DNA from: Clostridia bacterium | GTDB taxonomy: Bacteria > Bacillota > Clostridia > Oscillospirales > CAG-272 | Direction: 5' to 3' | DNA length: 64,000 bases | Assembly: GCA_017508195.1 (NCBI GenBank) | Contig: JAFVZL010000043.1 | Span: forward strand, 33,657 to 97,656 | Program-made: the position numbers and the translations under genes | Shown here: piece after piece, positions 28,151 through 36,889 of the stretch | Numbering within the stretch: the first letter of the stretch is position 1 | Layout of the letters: each line of letters opens with the position of its first letter | The notes under the pieces: generated by a model | The model's input: the letters and a program-made list of their open reading frames with translations, nothing else | Databases searched by the model: none | Told to the model about the DNA's origin: nothing

Positions 28151-28921
28151 ATGAAAAAAAATATACTTACGATTATATCCTTGACGGTAATTCTGTCTGT
28201 TTTATTGACATCGCTTTGCTACGCCGAAGGCGGTGAGGGGTGGTATATTATAAAGCAAGGCAACAACACCCCCGCTTTTCCTAAGAGTGAGCGTTTTTTA
28301 TCCGAGCACGCTTGCTACGCCATGGACAAAAGAAGTGCAGAAACCGGTGATAAGGTGTTATATCTGACCTTTGATGCAGGGTACGAAAACGGGAACGTAG
28401 AACGGATACTCGATACACTGAAAAGAGAGGAAGTACCGGGTGCTTTCTTTATTCTCTCCAATCTTGTGAAGAAGAACCCCGAGCTTGTTAAACGCATGTT
28501 CGAGGACGGACACACGGTATGCAACCACACTAAAAATCACCGTTCTCCGACGAAGCTCACCGATGAAGAGATAGAGGCAAATCTCTCGGAGCTTGAAAGG
28601 CTATGCTATGATGCCACGGGATATGAGATGACTAAGTTCTTCAGATACCCCGAGGGTTATTATAACGAACGAACTGCGCTTACTCTTGAAAAACTTGGGT
28701 ACAAGACCTTTTTCTGGAGCTTGGCATATTCGGACTGGGACAACGGAAGACAGCCGAGTGTTGAATCAGCTATAAAGATACTGACCGAAAACATTCATCC
28801 CGGTGCTATAGTTCTGTTGCACCCAACGTCACAAACCAACAGAGATGCGCTGCCGATGCTAATATCGGCATGGCGCGCGATGGGCTATCGATTCGGAAGG
28901 CTCGAGGATATTGTCGGCTAA
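28151..28921 (+). CDS. pdaA: Polysaccharide deacetylase, PdaA-like (delta-lactam-biosynthetic de-N-acetylase candidate)
   Basis: Signal/TM N-terminus. LYLTFDAGYENG, MFEDGHTVCNHT and IVLLHP motifs align by eye with B. subtilis PdaA along the full length. Confidence 0.7.
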   Translation: MKKNILTIISLTVILSVLLTSLCYAEGGEGWYIIKQGNNTPAFPKSERFLSEHACYAMDKRSAETGDKVLYLTFDAGYENGNVERILDTLKREEVPGAFFILSNLVKKNPELVKRMFEDGHTVCNHTKNHRSPTKLTDEEIEANLSELERLCYDATGYEMTKFFRYPEGYYNERTALTLEKLGYKTFFWSLAYSDWDNGRQPSVESAIKILTENIHPGAIVLLHPTSQTNRDALPMLISAWRAMGYRFGRLEDIVG

Positions 28922-29033
28922 GCAGTTTCTATAAACCGTAAAGCATTAATTACGGATAGTTGTAACGAAAAACACGGAAGGTGCAGCGCATTACTGCATC
29001 TCCCGTGCATTTTTATTTGATTAAATCAAAAAA

Positions 29034-30104
29034 TCAGTGCATTTGCCCCTCTTCCATCCGCGCCTTGATCTCTTCGAGTCGTTCACGCTCGGTAACGTCA
29101 TCACGCATAATTATATCCTCCTCGTCGAACTCCTCCTCGGCAAATTCCTCGGGGTGCTCAGCCTTATAGGGATCAACCATGACTTCCTTAATCTTGTAGT
29201 ATGCCGCAAACACCTTCATGTACGCAAAGCTCGAGAATAGAATCGCGAGCGGTGCCGCTACTCCCAACGGCAGAAGAATTCCGCCTACACCGAATACAAG
29301 TATAACCTCCACAACTACGCCAACGAGTATTCCAAGAAGCGCAAGAAGGTTTCTCTTGATACCGAGAAGCGCAAATATCATAGAGTTCTTGATCATCTTG
29401 AATACGGAAAGATTAAACGTGACCATCTGAACATAGATATAAGGTCTCATGAAGAAGTAGAGGATAAGTATGACGACATTCATCCACATCATCGTAGACT
29501 CAAAAAAGTTCTGCTCAGTCATCATCATATTGTAGATGTTAAATATGAGAACGGCGTTAATCAGAACGTCAATAATGCCAAAGGGAAGAGCTTGCTTCCA
29601 ATTACGCTTGATGGCATACCAGAAATCGTACCAGGTAAAGACAGGCTCACCCATGGCGATATTACGCAAAATGTATGCGGTACCAACGTTGACGAGTCCG
29701 AATGTTACCAATGTAAGCGCACCGATACCGTAAAAAACGTATGTAAGCGTAGTAGGAACAAGAATCTGATTCTGTATTCCCGCAAGCGCATAGACGGTCA
29801 TGCCAAACGGGGTACCCACGTTCTCGGAGAAGAAGGGCACGAGATTCTGGAACAGATCGTACATCGGCAATGAGGAGTTATCCTGAGTATATCCCGCAAG
29901 AGCAATTATCAGAAACAGAACGGGAAAATTGCCGAGAACCATGAAAATATTACAGTATAAAATTTTATCGAAATTATTTTTATAGGAAACGAAAAAACGT
30001 TTTAAGCCCGTGCCAAGCTCAGATGCCTTCTTACTGATACCGCGACCATCCTTGCCTAATCCAAACAGCTTAAACTTCTTCTTTCCCTCATCCTTAGCTG
30101 CCAT
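29034..30104 (-). CDS. YesL/DUF624-like integral membrane protein with an acidic C-terminal tail
   Basis: Multi-TM protein whose N-terminal region (FDKILYCNIFMVLGNFPVLFLIIALAG) resembles DUF624. The family assignment is tentative. Confidence 0.45.
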   Translation of the reverse strand: MAAKDEGKKKFKLFGLGKDGRGISKKASELGTGLKRFFVSYKNNFDKILYCNIFMVLGNFPVLFLIIALAGYTQDNSSLPMYDLFQNLVPFFSENVGTPFGMTVYALAGIQNQILVPTTLTYVFYGIGALTLVTFGLVNVGTAYILRNIAMGEPVFTWYDFWYAIKRNWKQALPFGIIDVLINAVLIFNIYNMMMTEQNFFESTMMWMNVVILILYFFMRPYIYVQMVTFNLSVFKMIKNSMIFALLGIKRNLLALLGILVGVVVEVILVFGVGGILLPLGVAAPLAILFSSFAYMKVFAAYYKIKEVMVDPYKAEHPEEFAEEEFDEEDIIMRDDVTERERLEEIKARMEEGQMH

Positions 30105-30290
30105 ATAGCCACCTCTTGGAAAGTGATATAGATATCATAACATACTTTAAAGATAAAAACAATTCATTTTAATAAAGTTTTAAAATATTTTAAAATTAAC
30201 TCCTTCGAGGATTAGCCTACATCTAAGTTTGACAGTCATATAAAAAGAATCAAATGCATAAAATCAACAAAAAGCTTATAGGGGGAAAGA

Positions 30291-31499
30291 ATGAAAAAAA
30301 GACTGATTTCTCTGATTCTGATAATGGCCTTATTATTTACATTTACGGTCGGCGTTTTCGCATCGGACCAGGAAGTAATTGACGAAAATGATATTTATAA
30401 CGGAGCAGACGATACATATACGAGTGGCGATAATATAACGCTCAATGCGAAGAGCGCCATTCTGATGGATGCTGAGACCGGAGCGGTGCTATACGCAAAG
30501 AATGCACACGAAGCACTCCCGCCCGCCTCCGTAACGAAGATAATGACTCTCTTGCTCGTTGCCGAAGCTATAGCTGACGGAAGAATAACACTGGATCAAA
30601 AGGTTACCGTAAGTGCGAATGCGTCTGGCATGGGCGGCAGCCAGATATTTATCAAAGAGGGGGAGATTTTTACCGTTGAAGAATTACTAAAGAGCGCAGT
30701 TATTGCAAGCGCAAACGATGCAGCAGTTGCACTTGCCGAGCTTATATCCGGTAGTGAGAGCGCATTCGTCTCTCGGATGAATGAACGTGCACGCGAGCTT
30801 TCGATGAAGAATACCGTTTTTGAAAATGCGACCGGGCTCGATGACACAGTCACGAAGCATCAGACAAGCGCTTACGATATAGCTGTTATGTCGCGTGAGC
30901 TTATCAAGCACGATGTAATTTTGAAACACAGCAACGTATGGCAGGACAGTATAAGAAACGGTGAATTCATTCTCACAAATACCAACCGACTCGTCAGATA
31001 CTATTCCGGATGCACGGGTTTAAAAACCGGATCAACTGATAAAGCGGGCTTCTGCGTTTCTGCCACTGCAAAGCGAGACGGTATGCACCTCATAGCGGTA
31101 GTAATGGGTTCACCCACCCGAGATGAAAGAAACAATTCAGCGCGATCTCTGCTCGATTACGGATTCGCAAACTATGCTCTGTACCGCGATTCAGAGTGTG
31201 ACTTAGAGCAAATACCGGTTAAACGCGGCACAGTCAGCAGTGTTATGGCATACTCAACCGAGTTTTCGCTTTTGATTTCACGCTCTGACATCAAAAGAAT
31301 AGAGAAAAAGTACACTATTCCGGAATCGGTTATCGCACCGTTTGAAAAGAACTCTAAAATAGGTGAAATAATCTATTATCTTGATGATAACGAGCTTGGA
31401 AGAAGTGACATATGCGTACGCGAAGGAGCCGAAAGAATAAGCTTTATAAAGATAGTTTCAGGTATCCTTTGGGCAATTATTGTCGGAAAAGGAGAATAA
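30291..31499 (+). CDS. D-alanyl-D-alanine carboxypeptidase (S11, DacB/DacF-like)
   Basis: Signal peptide. SxxK (SVTKIMT), SxN (SANDAA) and KTG (KTGST) motifs. Confidence 0.88.
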   Translation: MKKRLISLILIMALLFTFTVGVFASDQEVIDENDIYNGADDTYTSGDNITLNAKSAILMDAETGAVLYAKNAHEALPPASVTKIMTLLLVAEAIADGRITLDQKVTVSANASGMGGSQIFIKEGEIFTVEELLKSAVIASANDAAVALAELISGSESAFVSRMNERARELSMKNTVFENATGLDDTVTKHQTSAYDIAVMSRELIKHDVILKHSNVWQDSIRNGEFILTNTNRLVRYYSGCTGLKTGSTDKAGFCVSATAKRDGMHLIAVVMGSPTRDERNNSARSLLDYGFANYALYRDSECDLEQIPVKRGTVSSVMAYSTEFSLLISRSDIKRIEKKYTIPESVIAPFEKNSKIGEIIYYLDDNELGRSDICVREGAERISFIKIVSGILWAIIVGKGE

Positions 31500-31612
31500 A
31501 TAACCATATATTTAAGGTAATACACTTGAAATAAAGTCGCGCTTGTAGTATAATTAAAGAGAAGTAGCGTCCTATACACTAACGCCGCTTTAATAACTTA
31601 ATGGAGATTGCT

Positions 31613-32956
31613 ATGAGCGTTAAGATCAATAACAAATTCCTCGACGGCTTTGTGAATGAGGCTGATGTAGCCTCTATGACAAAAAGAGCATATTCCGCGC
31701 AAGAGCTTCTTAAAAGCAAGAAGGGTCCCGGCAATGACTATATAGGGTGGGTTGAGCTTCCCGAAAATTACGATAAGGATGAGTTCGCAAGGATCAAGAT
31801 CGCTGCAGAGAAGATCAAAAAAAGCTGCGATATACTAGTCGTTATCGGTATCGGCGGCTCTTATCTCGGCGCAAGAGCAGCAATCGAGTTTGTAAAGAGT
31901 CCTCTTTATAATAACTTAAAGAAGGATACGCCCGATATCTACTTTGCAGGTAACACGATATCAACAACCGCCCTTACCGAGCTCCTTTCTATTTGCGAGG
32001 GTAAGGACATTTGCCTAAACGTAATTTCAAAATCCGGTACCACAACCGAGCCTGCAATAGCATTCCGAGTATTCAAGGCACTTCTCAACGAGAAGTACGG
32101 TGAGCAAGGGGCACGGGAGCGTATATTCGTCACAACCGACAAGGAAAGAGGCACGCTTAAACAGTTCTCTGATGAGGCGGGATACGAGACCTTCGTCGTA
32201 CCCGATGACGTTGGCGGAAGATATTCCGTGCTTACGGCGGTCGGTCTGCTTCCCATTGCATGCGCCGGAATAGATATTGAGGCTATGATGAAGGGTGCCT
32301 ACGACTCAATGAAGGCTTGCGAGCTTTCGGATTCCGAAAAGAATCCCGCGCTAAGCTATGCGATATACAGAAACGTTCTTCTCGAGGCAGGGAAGAGCAC
32401 CGAGATACTCGTCGGTTACGAGCCTTATCTCCTCATGCTCAACGAATGGTGGAAGCAGCTTTACGGTGAGAGCGAGGGTAAGGAGCATAAGGGTATATTC
32501 CCCGCATCCGTCATCTTCTCGACCGACCTTCACTCTCTCGGTCAGTATATTCAGGACGGAAAAAGGAATCTTTTCGAGACTGTAATAGACGTAAAGAAGA
32601 GCTGCGAGGATTTCATTATTCCGAACGATCCCCGCAACGTAGACGGTCTCAACTTCATCAGCGGTGAGGCGCTCTCGCACGTAAACAGCACAGCTATGCT
32701 TGCAACGCTTATCGCTCACAACGATGGAGGTGTGCCGAATATCGTTGTCGAGGTTAAGGATAAATCTGCATATACGTTCGGTTATCTCGTTTACTTCTTC
32801 GAATATGCGTGCGCTATCTCGGGATATATTCTTGGAGTCAACCCGTTTGATCAGCCCGGTGTCGAAGCATACAAGAAGAACATGTTTGCTCTTCTCGGAA
32901 AGCCGGGATACGAGGGAATGAGAGCAGAGCTCGAAAAGAGAGCGCTCAATAAATGA
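31613..32956 (+). CDS. pgi: Glucose-6-phosphate isomerase
   Basis: About 447 aa, Bacillus-type PGI ([32 protein letters not shown]). The ATG at 31613 follows GGAG. Confidence 0.93.
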   Translation: MSVKINNKFLDGFVNEADVASMTKRAYSAQELLKSKKGPGNDYIGWVELPENYDKDEFARIKIAAEKIKKSCDILVVIGIGGSYLGARAAIEFVKSPLYNNLKKDTPDIYFAGNTISTTALTELLSICEGKDICLNVISKSGTTTEPAIAFRVFKALLNEKYGEQGARERIFVTTDKERGTLKQFSDEAGYETFVVPDDVGGRYSVLTAVGLLPIACAGIDIEAMMKGAYDSMKACELSDSEKNPALSYAIYRNVLLEAGKSTEILVGYEPYLLMLNEWWKQLYGESEGKEHKGIFPASVIFSTDLHSLGQYIQDGKRNLFETVIDVKKSCEDFIIPNDPRNVDGLNFISGEALSHVNSTAMLATLIAHNDGGVPNIVVEVKDKSAYTFGYLVYFFEYACAISGYILGVNPFDQPGVEAYKKNMFALLGKPGYEGMRAELEKRALNK

Positions 32957-33081
32957 CAATTTAGTTAATTTCTTTAAAAAACAACCGAAAATTTAGAGAA
33001 ATACTATTGCATTTTTTCTCATTTTATTGTAATATATAATTAAGAAAGAGGATTCCCCTCTAAAACCAAGGAGGATACAAC

Positions 33082-33483
33082 ATGATCAAGTTATACATCG
33101 GTGGCAAAGGCTCCGGAAAAACCAAGACACTCATCGAGCTCACCAACTCTGCAGCAGAGGCTTCCAAGGGCTCTGTAGTCTGCATCGAGATGGGCGACAA
33201 GCTCAGACATGAGATTACATATAAAGCAAGACTTATCGACACGATCGAGTATGCTGTAAACGATGCTGAGGCTCTCTATGGCTTCATCGCAGGCATTCTC
33301 GCTTCCAACAGCGATATTACAGATATCTTCGTTGATTCTTCTCTGAAGATCTGCGCTAACGACGTTGCTGCTTTCGAGGCTATGCTTCCTAAGCTTGAGA
33401 AGATCTGCAAGGACATCAACCTCGTTATGTCTGCGTCCATCGCAGTTGAGGAGTGCCCCGACAGTATCAAGGCTTACGCTTAA
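33082..33483 (+). CDS. Minimal P-loop NTPase-like protein (133 aa), family unknown
   Basis: Walker A GGKGSGKT at residues 7-14 and a Walker-B-like ITDIFVDSS. AAGGAGG RBS upstream and its own terminator downstream. Confidence 0.55.
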   Translation: MIKLYIGGKGSGKTKTLIELTNSAAEASKGSVVCIEMGDKLRHEITYKARLIDTIEYAVNDAEALYGFIAGILASNSDITDIFVDSSLKICANDVAAFEAMLPKLEKICKDINLVMSASIAVEECPDSIKAYA

Positions 33484-33498
33484 ATAATCGAATCATAC

Positions 33499-33535
33499 GG
33501 AAGAGATGCACCTTGCGTCTCTTCCTTTTTCTTTT
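33499..33535 (+). terminator. Terminator after the P-loop gene
   Basis: GGAAGAGA ... TCTCTTCC hairpin followed by TTTTTCTTTTTT. Confidence 0.7.
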
Positions 33536-33676
33536 TTAAATGTAGATGCGTGTTTCATCCTGATAAATCGAAATAAGTATATTATCCCCATTTTTCCCGT
33601 CTTGCATATTATAATATTAGACCGCGCCGGCTGCGCGGTGATTTATAGCAATTGTTTATAAATAAGGAGAACTATA

Positions 33677-34513
33677 ATGCAAGATAACAGAAACGGCTGT
33701 GCACAGTCTAACCACGACACGCGCGGTATGGTCTGCATAGATACTGTACGTATACTCGATGCCTGCCGTGATCGCGATTGCTTTGAGGATGAGCGCGTAT
33801 ACTTAACAAGCGAGGGCGAGGCAATACTCGCAACCGCCACGAACGTCAGAACAAAGTGTGCCAGGATAGTCTGGGCATACGTAAGTGTTAACGAGATACC
33901 GTTCAACAACGGCTTCTATCAGATAAGCGTTCGCTATTACGTAGAGGTCACGTTCGAGGCTTGTGTAGGAGTTGGCAGAAGTGCAACGTTTACAGGTATC
34001 GCAACGCTAGAAAAGGACGTCGTCCTTTACGGCGGAGAAGGGAATATTACCACCTACTCATCCACCCCCGGAAGCAACTTCTGTGATCCCTGCGATTCGA
34101 GCAACGTTAGCACGAATCTGCCTATCGCAGTGGTCGATACCGTAGAACCCGTTGTACTTGGCACTAAGGTCGTGGAAAGATGCTGCAGCTGCTGTTGCGA
34201 CTCTCTGGACCTTCCCGATCAGATCAGCGGATGCATAAACGGTACGCTCGTTGATTCGCAGAACGGACTCGAGATAAGAGTATCCTTCGGCATATTCTCG
34301 ATAATCCGTATCGAGCGCCCCGCACAGCTTCTTATCCAGGCGCAGGATTATTGCATACCCGACAAGGAGTGCAACAACGCGACCTGCAACAACAATCCCT
34401 GCGAGGTGTTCCGCGGTATAGCATTCCCGACCTCGCGCTTCAAAACCTCGGTAGCTCAGCCGACCGAGCCTCCTCATCACGGCGGCGGTGGCGGCTGCGG
34501 CTGCGGAAGGTAA
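33677..34513 (+). CDS. Cysteine-rich hypothetical protein (278 aa, 20 Cys)
   Basis: AAGGAG RBS 7 nt upstream of the ATG. Cys clusters CRDRDC, CDPC, CCSCCC, C-x5-C-x4-C-x4-C and a terminal GGGGGCGCGR. No family recognised. Confidence 0.6.
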   Translation: MQDNRNGCAQSNHDTRGMVCIDTVRILDACRDRDCFEDERVYLTSEGEAILATATNVRTKCARIVWAYVSVNEIPFNNGFYQISVRYYVEVTFEACVGVGRSATFTGIATLEKDVVLYGGEGNITTYSSTPGSNFCDPCDSSNVSTNLPIAVVDTVEPVVLGTKVVERCCSCCCDSLDLPDQISGCINGTLVDSQNGLEIRVSFGIFSIIRIERPAQLLIQAQDYCIPDKECNNATCNNNPCEVFRGIAFPTSRFKTSVAQPTEPPHHGGGGGCGCGR

Positions 34514-34514
34514 A

Positions 34515-34586
34515 CGAACCACATTCGCGCATTGCGCGAGGTGGTCGAGCCATAGGCTCGCTAAAACAAAAAAGACACCTCAAGGG
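34515..34586 (+). repeat. Copy A of a perfect 72-bp direct repeat
   Basis: Character-by-character identical to 34674..34745. It begins 2 nt after the stop codon of the Cys-rich CDS and ends inside a half terminator. Confidence 0.95.
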
Positions 34587-34673
34587 CTTTTGACGTGGAT
34601 TTTGATGCTTCGCATCAATATACTAGCACTCTTCGCCTGGAGAGCCAGCTCTCCGATCTTCGAGCGCAGTATG

Positions 34674-34745
34674 CGAACCACATTCGCGCATTGCGCGAGG
34701 TGGTCGAGCCATAGGCTCGCTAAAACAAAAAAGACACCTCAAGGG
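34674..34745 (+). repeat. Copy B of the perfect 72-bp direct repeat
   Basis: Identical to 34515..34586. It continues into the complete terminator hairpin. Confidence 0.95.
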
Positions 34746-34755
34746 TGTCTTTTTT
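34727..34755. terminator. Bidirectional terminator shared by tRNA-Val and the upstream plus-strand unit
   Basis: AAAAAA-GACACC-tcaag-GGTGTC-TTTTTT. Confidence 0.8.
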
Positions 34756-34759
34756 GTTT

Positions 34760-34836
34760 TGGTGGAGACAAGTGGACTCGAACCACTGACCCCTTGCATG
34801 TCAAGCAAGTACTCTAACCAACTGAGCTATGCCTCC
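34760..34836 (-). tRNA. tRNA-Val (anticodon GAC)
   Basis: Hand-folded on the minus strand. Acceptor GGAGGCA/TGTCTCC, anticodon loop TTGACAT, T-loop TTCGAGT, encoded CCA. Confidence 0.9.
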
Positions 34837-34855
34837 AAATCTCTATTGCTAAACT

Positions 34856-34884
34856 ATTATATCATATAAAAAGGAAAATATCAA
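34856..34884 (-). promoter_or_regulatory. Sigma-A-type promoter for tRNA-Val
   Basis: Minus strand: TTGATA, 17 nt, TATAAT. Confidence 0.6.
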
Positions 34885-34928
34885 TAGCAAAAGAGAAAAA
34901 CTACAAAAAAAATAAAAAGGGAATAGAA

Positions 34929-35708
34929 TTATCGCTTTCCTCGGCGTTGGCGCATTATTTCATACGCAAACATGGTTGTCGCAGAGGCTGCGGAAAGGCT
35001 GGCTCTGAATTCCCTTGCGTACGGAATTTTAACGAGTGTGTCTGCTCTTTCGATAACTGCCTTTGAGATACCGCGCTTTTCGCCGCCTACGATAAGAAGA
35101 ACGGGGCCGCTTAGCTCTACCTCTCCGAGAAGGTTGTCTGTATCCTCGTGTGCGCACACTATCTTATATCCTAGGGATGCGAAAAGTTCGCAAGCCTCAA
35201 CATCGGTCGCATTATATATACTAAAGCGTTCCGATGCACCTGCCGAGCTGCGGCATACAACACCTGCGGCGCTCATCCAATTCCTTCCGTCAAGAATAAT
35301 GCCGTCACAACCGCAGGCAAATAACGAGCGGAGCGAATAGCCAAAGTTATAGGGGTCCTCGATGCCTTGTATCATAGCATAAAATCCCGAGGGAAGAATA
35401 GCGTCCTTAACGAGGGCGGGGAAGTCGCGCTCCGATGCCTCGGCAACTATGCCGCCGTGGGTATTTCCGAGGGTTATTTCATCAAGGAAAGCGGCATCCG
35501 TGCGTATAAGATCATAGCCATACTTCTCTGCTACTGCCCTAAGATATCCCACCTCTTTTGATATTTTCTTGAATTTTTCGCCATCAAAATAAATCTTTTC
35601 AATGCGTCTATTATTGGTGCCTTGATCTATGCCTGCGATAATAGCTCTGATCGAGGTCATGCCTTCAAAAACGGTTGAATTTTTAAATTTCAGAAATTCC
35701 TTCTGCAT
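34929..35708 (-). CDS. TrmH/SpoU family RNA 2'-O-methyltransferase (RlmB-like)
   Basis: SpoU methylase motifs (LLIVGGEKRGIS; IPYAREFRASLSAASATTMFAYE). 259 aa. Confidence 0.8.
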   Translation of the reverse strand: MQKEFLKFKNSTVFEGMTSIRAIIAGIDQGTNNRRIEKIYFDGEKFKKISKEVGYLRAVAEKYGYDLIRTDAAFLDEITLGNTHGGIVAEASERDFPALVKDAILPSGFYAMIQGIEDPYNFGYSLRSLFACGCDGIILDGRNWMSAAGVVCRSSAGASERFSIYNATDVEACELFASLGYKIVCAHEDTDNLLGEVELSGPVLLIVGGEKRGISKAVIERADTLVKIPYAREFRASLSAASATTMFAYEIMRQRRGKR

Positions 35709-35773
35709 TAATTATAAGCGCCTTTCATATATTTGAGTAAAGGTATTTTTTGATTAATATGACGGAGGGAAAA

Positions 35774-36031
35774 ATGCTGCACGATAATAAAGAACGGTGC
35801 GAATCTTTCGCCGAATACGTAATAGAGACGGGTGCAACGGTAAGAGCATGCGCAAACCATTTTGGCATCAGTAAAAGCACCGTACACAAGGATCTCACAA
35901 CGAAATTAAGGTACATAAATAAAAATTTATACGAGCAGGTCAGAATAATACTAGCTCTGAATAAATCCGAACGCCATCTGAGGGGCGGAGAAGCGACAAA
36001 AAGAAAGTACAAAAGCAAAAGGGGAGAGTAG
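35774..36031 (+). CDS. spoIIID: Sporulation transcriptional regulator SpoIIID
   Basis: ...ETGATVRACANHFGISKSTVHKDLT...ERHLRGGEATKRKYK aligns by eye with B. subtilis SpoIIID. The ATG at 35774 follows GGAGGG. Confidence 0.9.
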   Translation: MLHDNKERCESFAEYVIETGATVRACANHFGISKSTVHKDLTTKLRYINKNLYEQVRIILALNKSERHLRGGEATKRKYKSKRGE

Positions 36032-36465
36032 TACCCTTCTCTTTTATCCATTATACAACATCCGGTATTTATTTGCAATATCAAGTTTGATTTAGTTTCA
36101 ATAGGCTGTCTTGATTTTTGGATTCTTAATTAAAATTCTTATACGAGCGACTTGTATTAATCTCTGATATCTTATAATAACGGCTTATTTTTTCTGAATA
36201 GAAGCTATAACGAGTCCGTGGTATAAATTATCACGGACTTTTGTTTGTTAACCAAATTTGATCAATACTAAGTATGAATACTTGTTGTTAAATGATTTAT
36301 CAAAAACGCTGAATATACGAGAGGCATTTAAAAAACGGCATTTAATTTGCGGCAATTATCAACGGGACGTAATTATTAAGCATTAAATCAGCATTTATAC
36401 GAAATACTCGAAACCCGAGTGGAAACTCCCGAAAAACGGGAATTATGCCGTTTTTACTTCCCTAA

Positions 36466-36493
36466 ATTATACAAAATTTTCATTTTGTATAAT
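36466..36493. promoter_or_regulatory. Perfect 12-bp inverted repeat containing extended -10-like hexamers on both strands
   Basis: ATTATACAAAAT-tttc-ATTTTGTATAAT. Each arm reads TGTATAAT toward the outside. Candidate operator or divergent promoter inside a long non-coding gap. Confidence 0.3.
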
Positions 36494-36849
36494 TGTATAT
36501 ATATTTTGATAGGGTGTACCCTGCACCCTTGATCATTATGCTTTTCTTGAAAATTGGCGTTTTCCCCTTTTTTTACCTTTGGGGTAGAATGTTATCGAAC
36601 AAGGTCTTATAAACATGCGCTTCACTCCACCCGGTGCGAAAAACGGTAGGGGATAGAATGAATGTGACATCGCTATATTTTGATGATGAGAAAACGCACT
36701 CTATTTTGAATACTCTTCCCTTCACTTTTTCAGGAAGGCTGACCTCATGTGTTTCCCTCATAATATCCGCTTTTCTATATTAACCGAAACATATTATTCT
36801 TTTCGGATTATCCGCATTCTTCCCTATTAACCACTCGACTATCACGTTG

Positions 36850-36889
36850 TTTTTTAAAAAAGACAGAGCCGTCGCGGTGGCGACGGCTC
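36850..36889 (-). terminator. Terminator after the aspartokinase gene
   Basis: Minus strand: GAGCCGTCGC-cacc-GCGACGGCTC followed by TGTCTTTTTT. Confidence 0.8.

Larger units (their letters stand above)
34617..34755 (+). ncRNA. Candidate structured RNA / interspersed element (locus 1), ending in a bidirectional terminator
   Basis: Blocks AATATAC-N2-GCACTCTTCGCC-T-[16-nt hairpin]-GATCTTCGAG-N4-GTATGCGAACC are shared with the minus strand of 38752..38907. Further hairpins follow, then the terminator. No promoter was identified and function is unknown. Confidence 0.4.

Noticed and set aside
34515-34745. Possible CRISPR array
   Set aside because: There are only two repeat copies, 72 bp long with an 87-bp spacer. 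No cas genes or leader are present, and the repeat contains terminator and hairpin parts of a larger element.
34488-34817. 109-aa ORF containing an internal peptide repeat (RTTFAHCARWSSHRLAKTKKTPQG twice)
   Set aside because: The peptide repeat is simply the translated 72-bp DNA repeat. The ORF runs through a terminator hairpin and into the tRNA-Val gene and has no RBS. The compensatory hairpin changes between loci argue for selection on RNA or DNA structure, not on protein. The same reasoning rejects 38677..38946 (minus strand) and 38772..38984 (plus strand) at the tRNA-Ser locus.
36538-36761. Type I toxin-antitoxin-like arrangement: a 24-aa hydrophobic peptide ORF on the plus strand overlapping the 3' end of a 62-aa minus-strand ORF
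   Set aside because: Neither ORF has a convincing Shine-Dalgarno sequence, and the peptide lacks the charged C-terminal tail typical of type I toxins. I have no conservation data. It is kept only as part of the description of the long intergenic gap.
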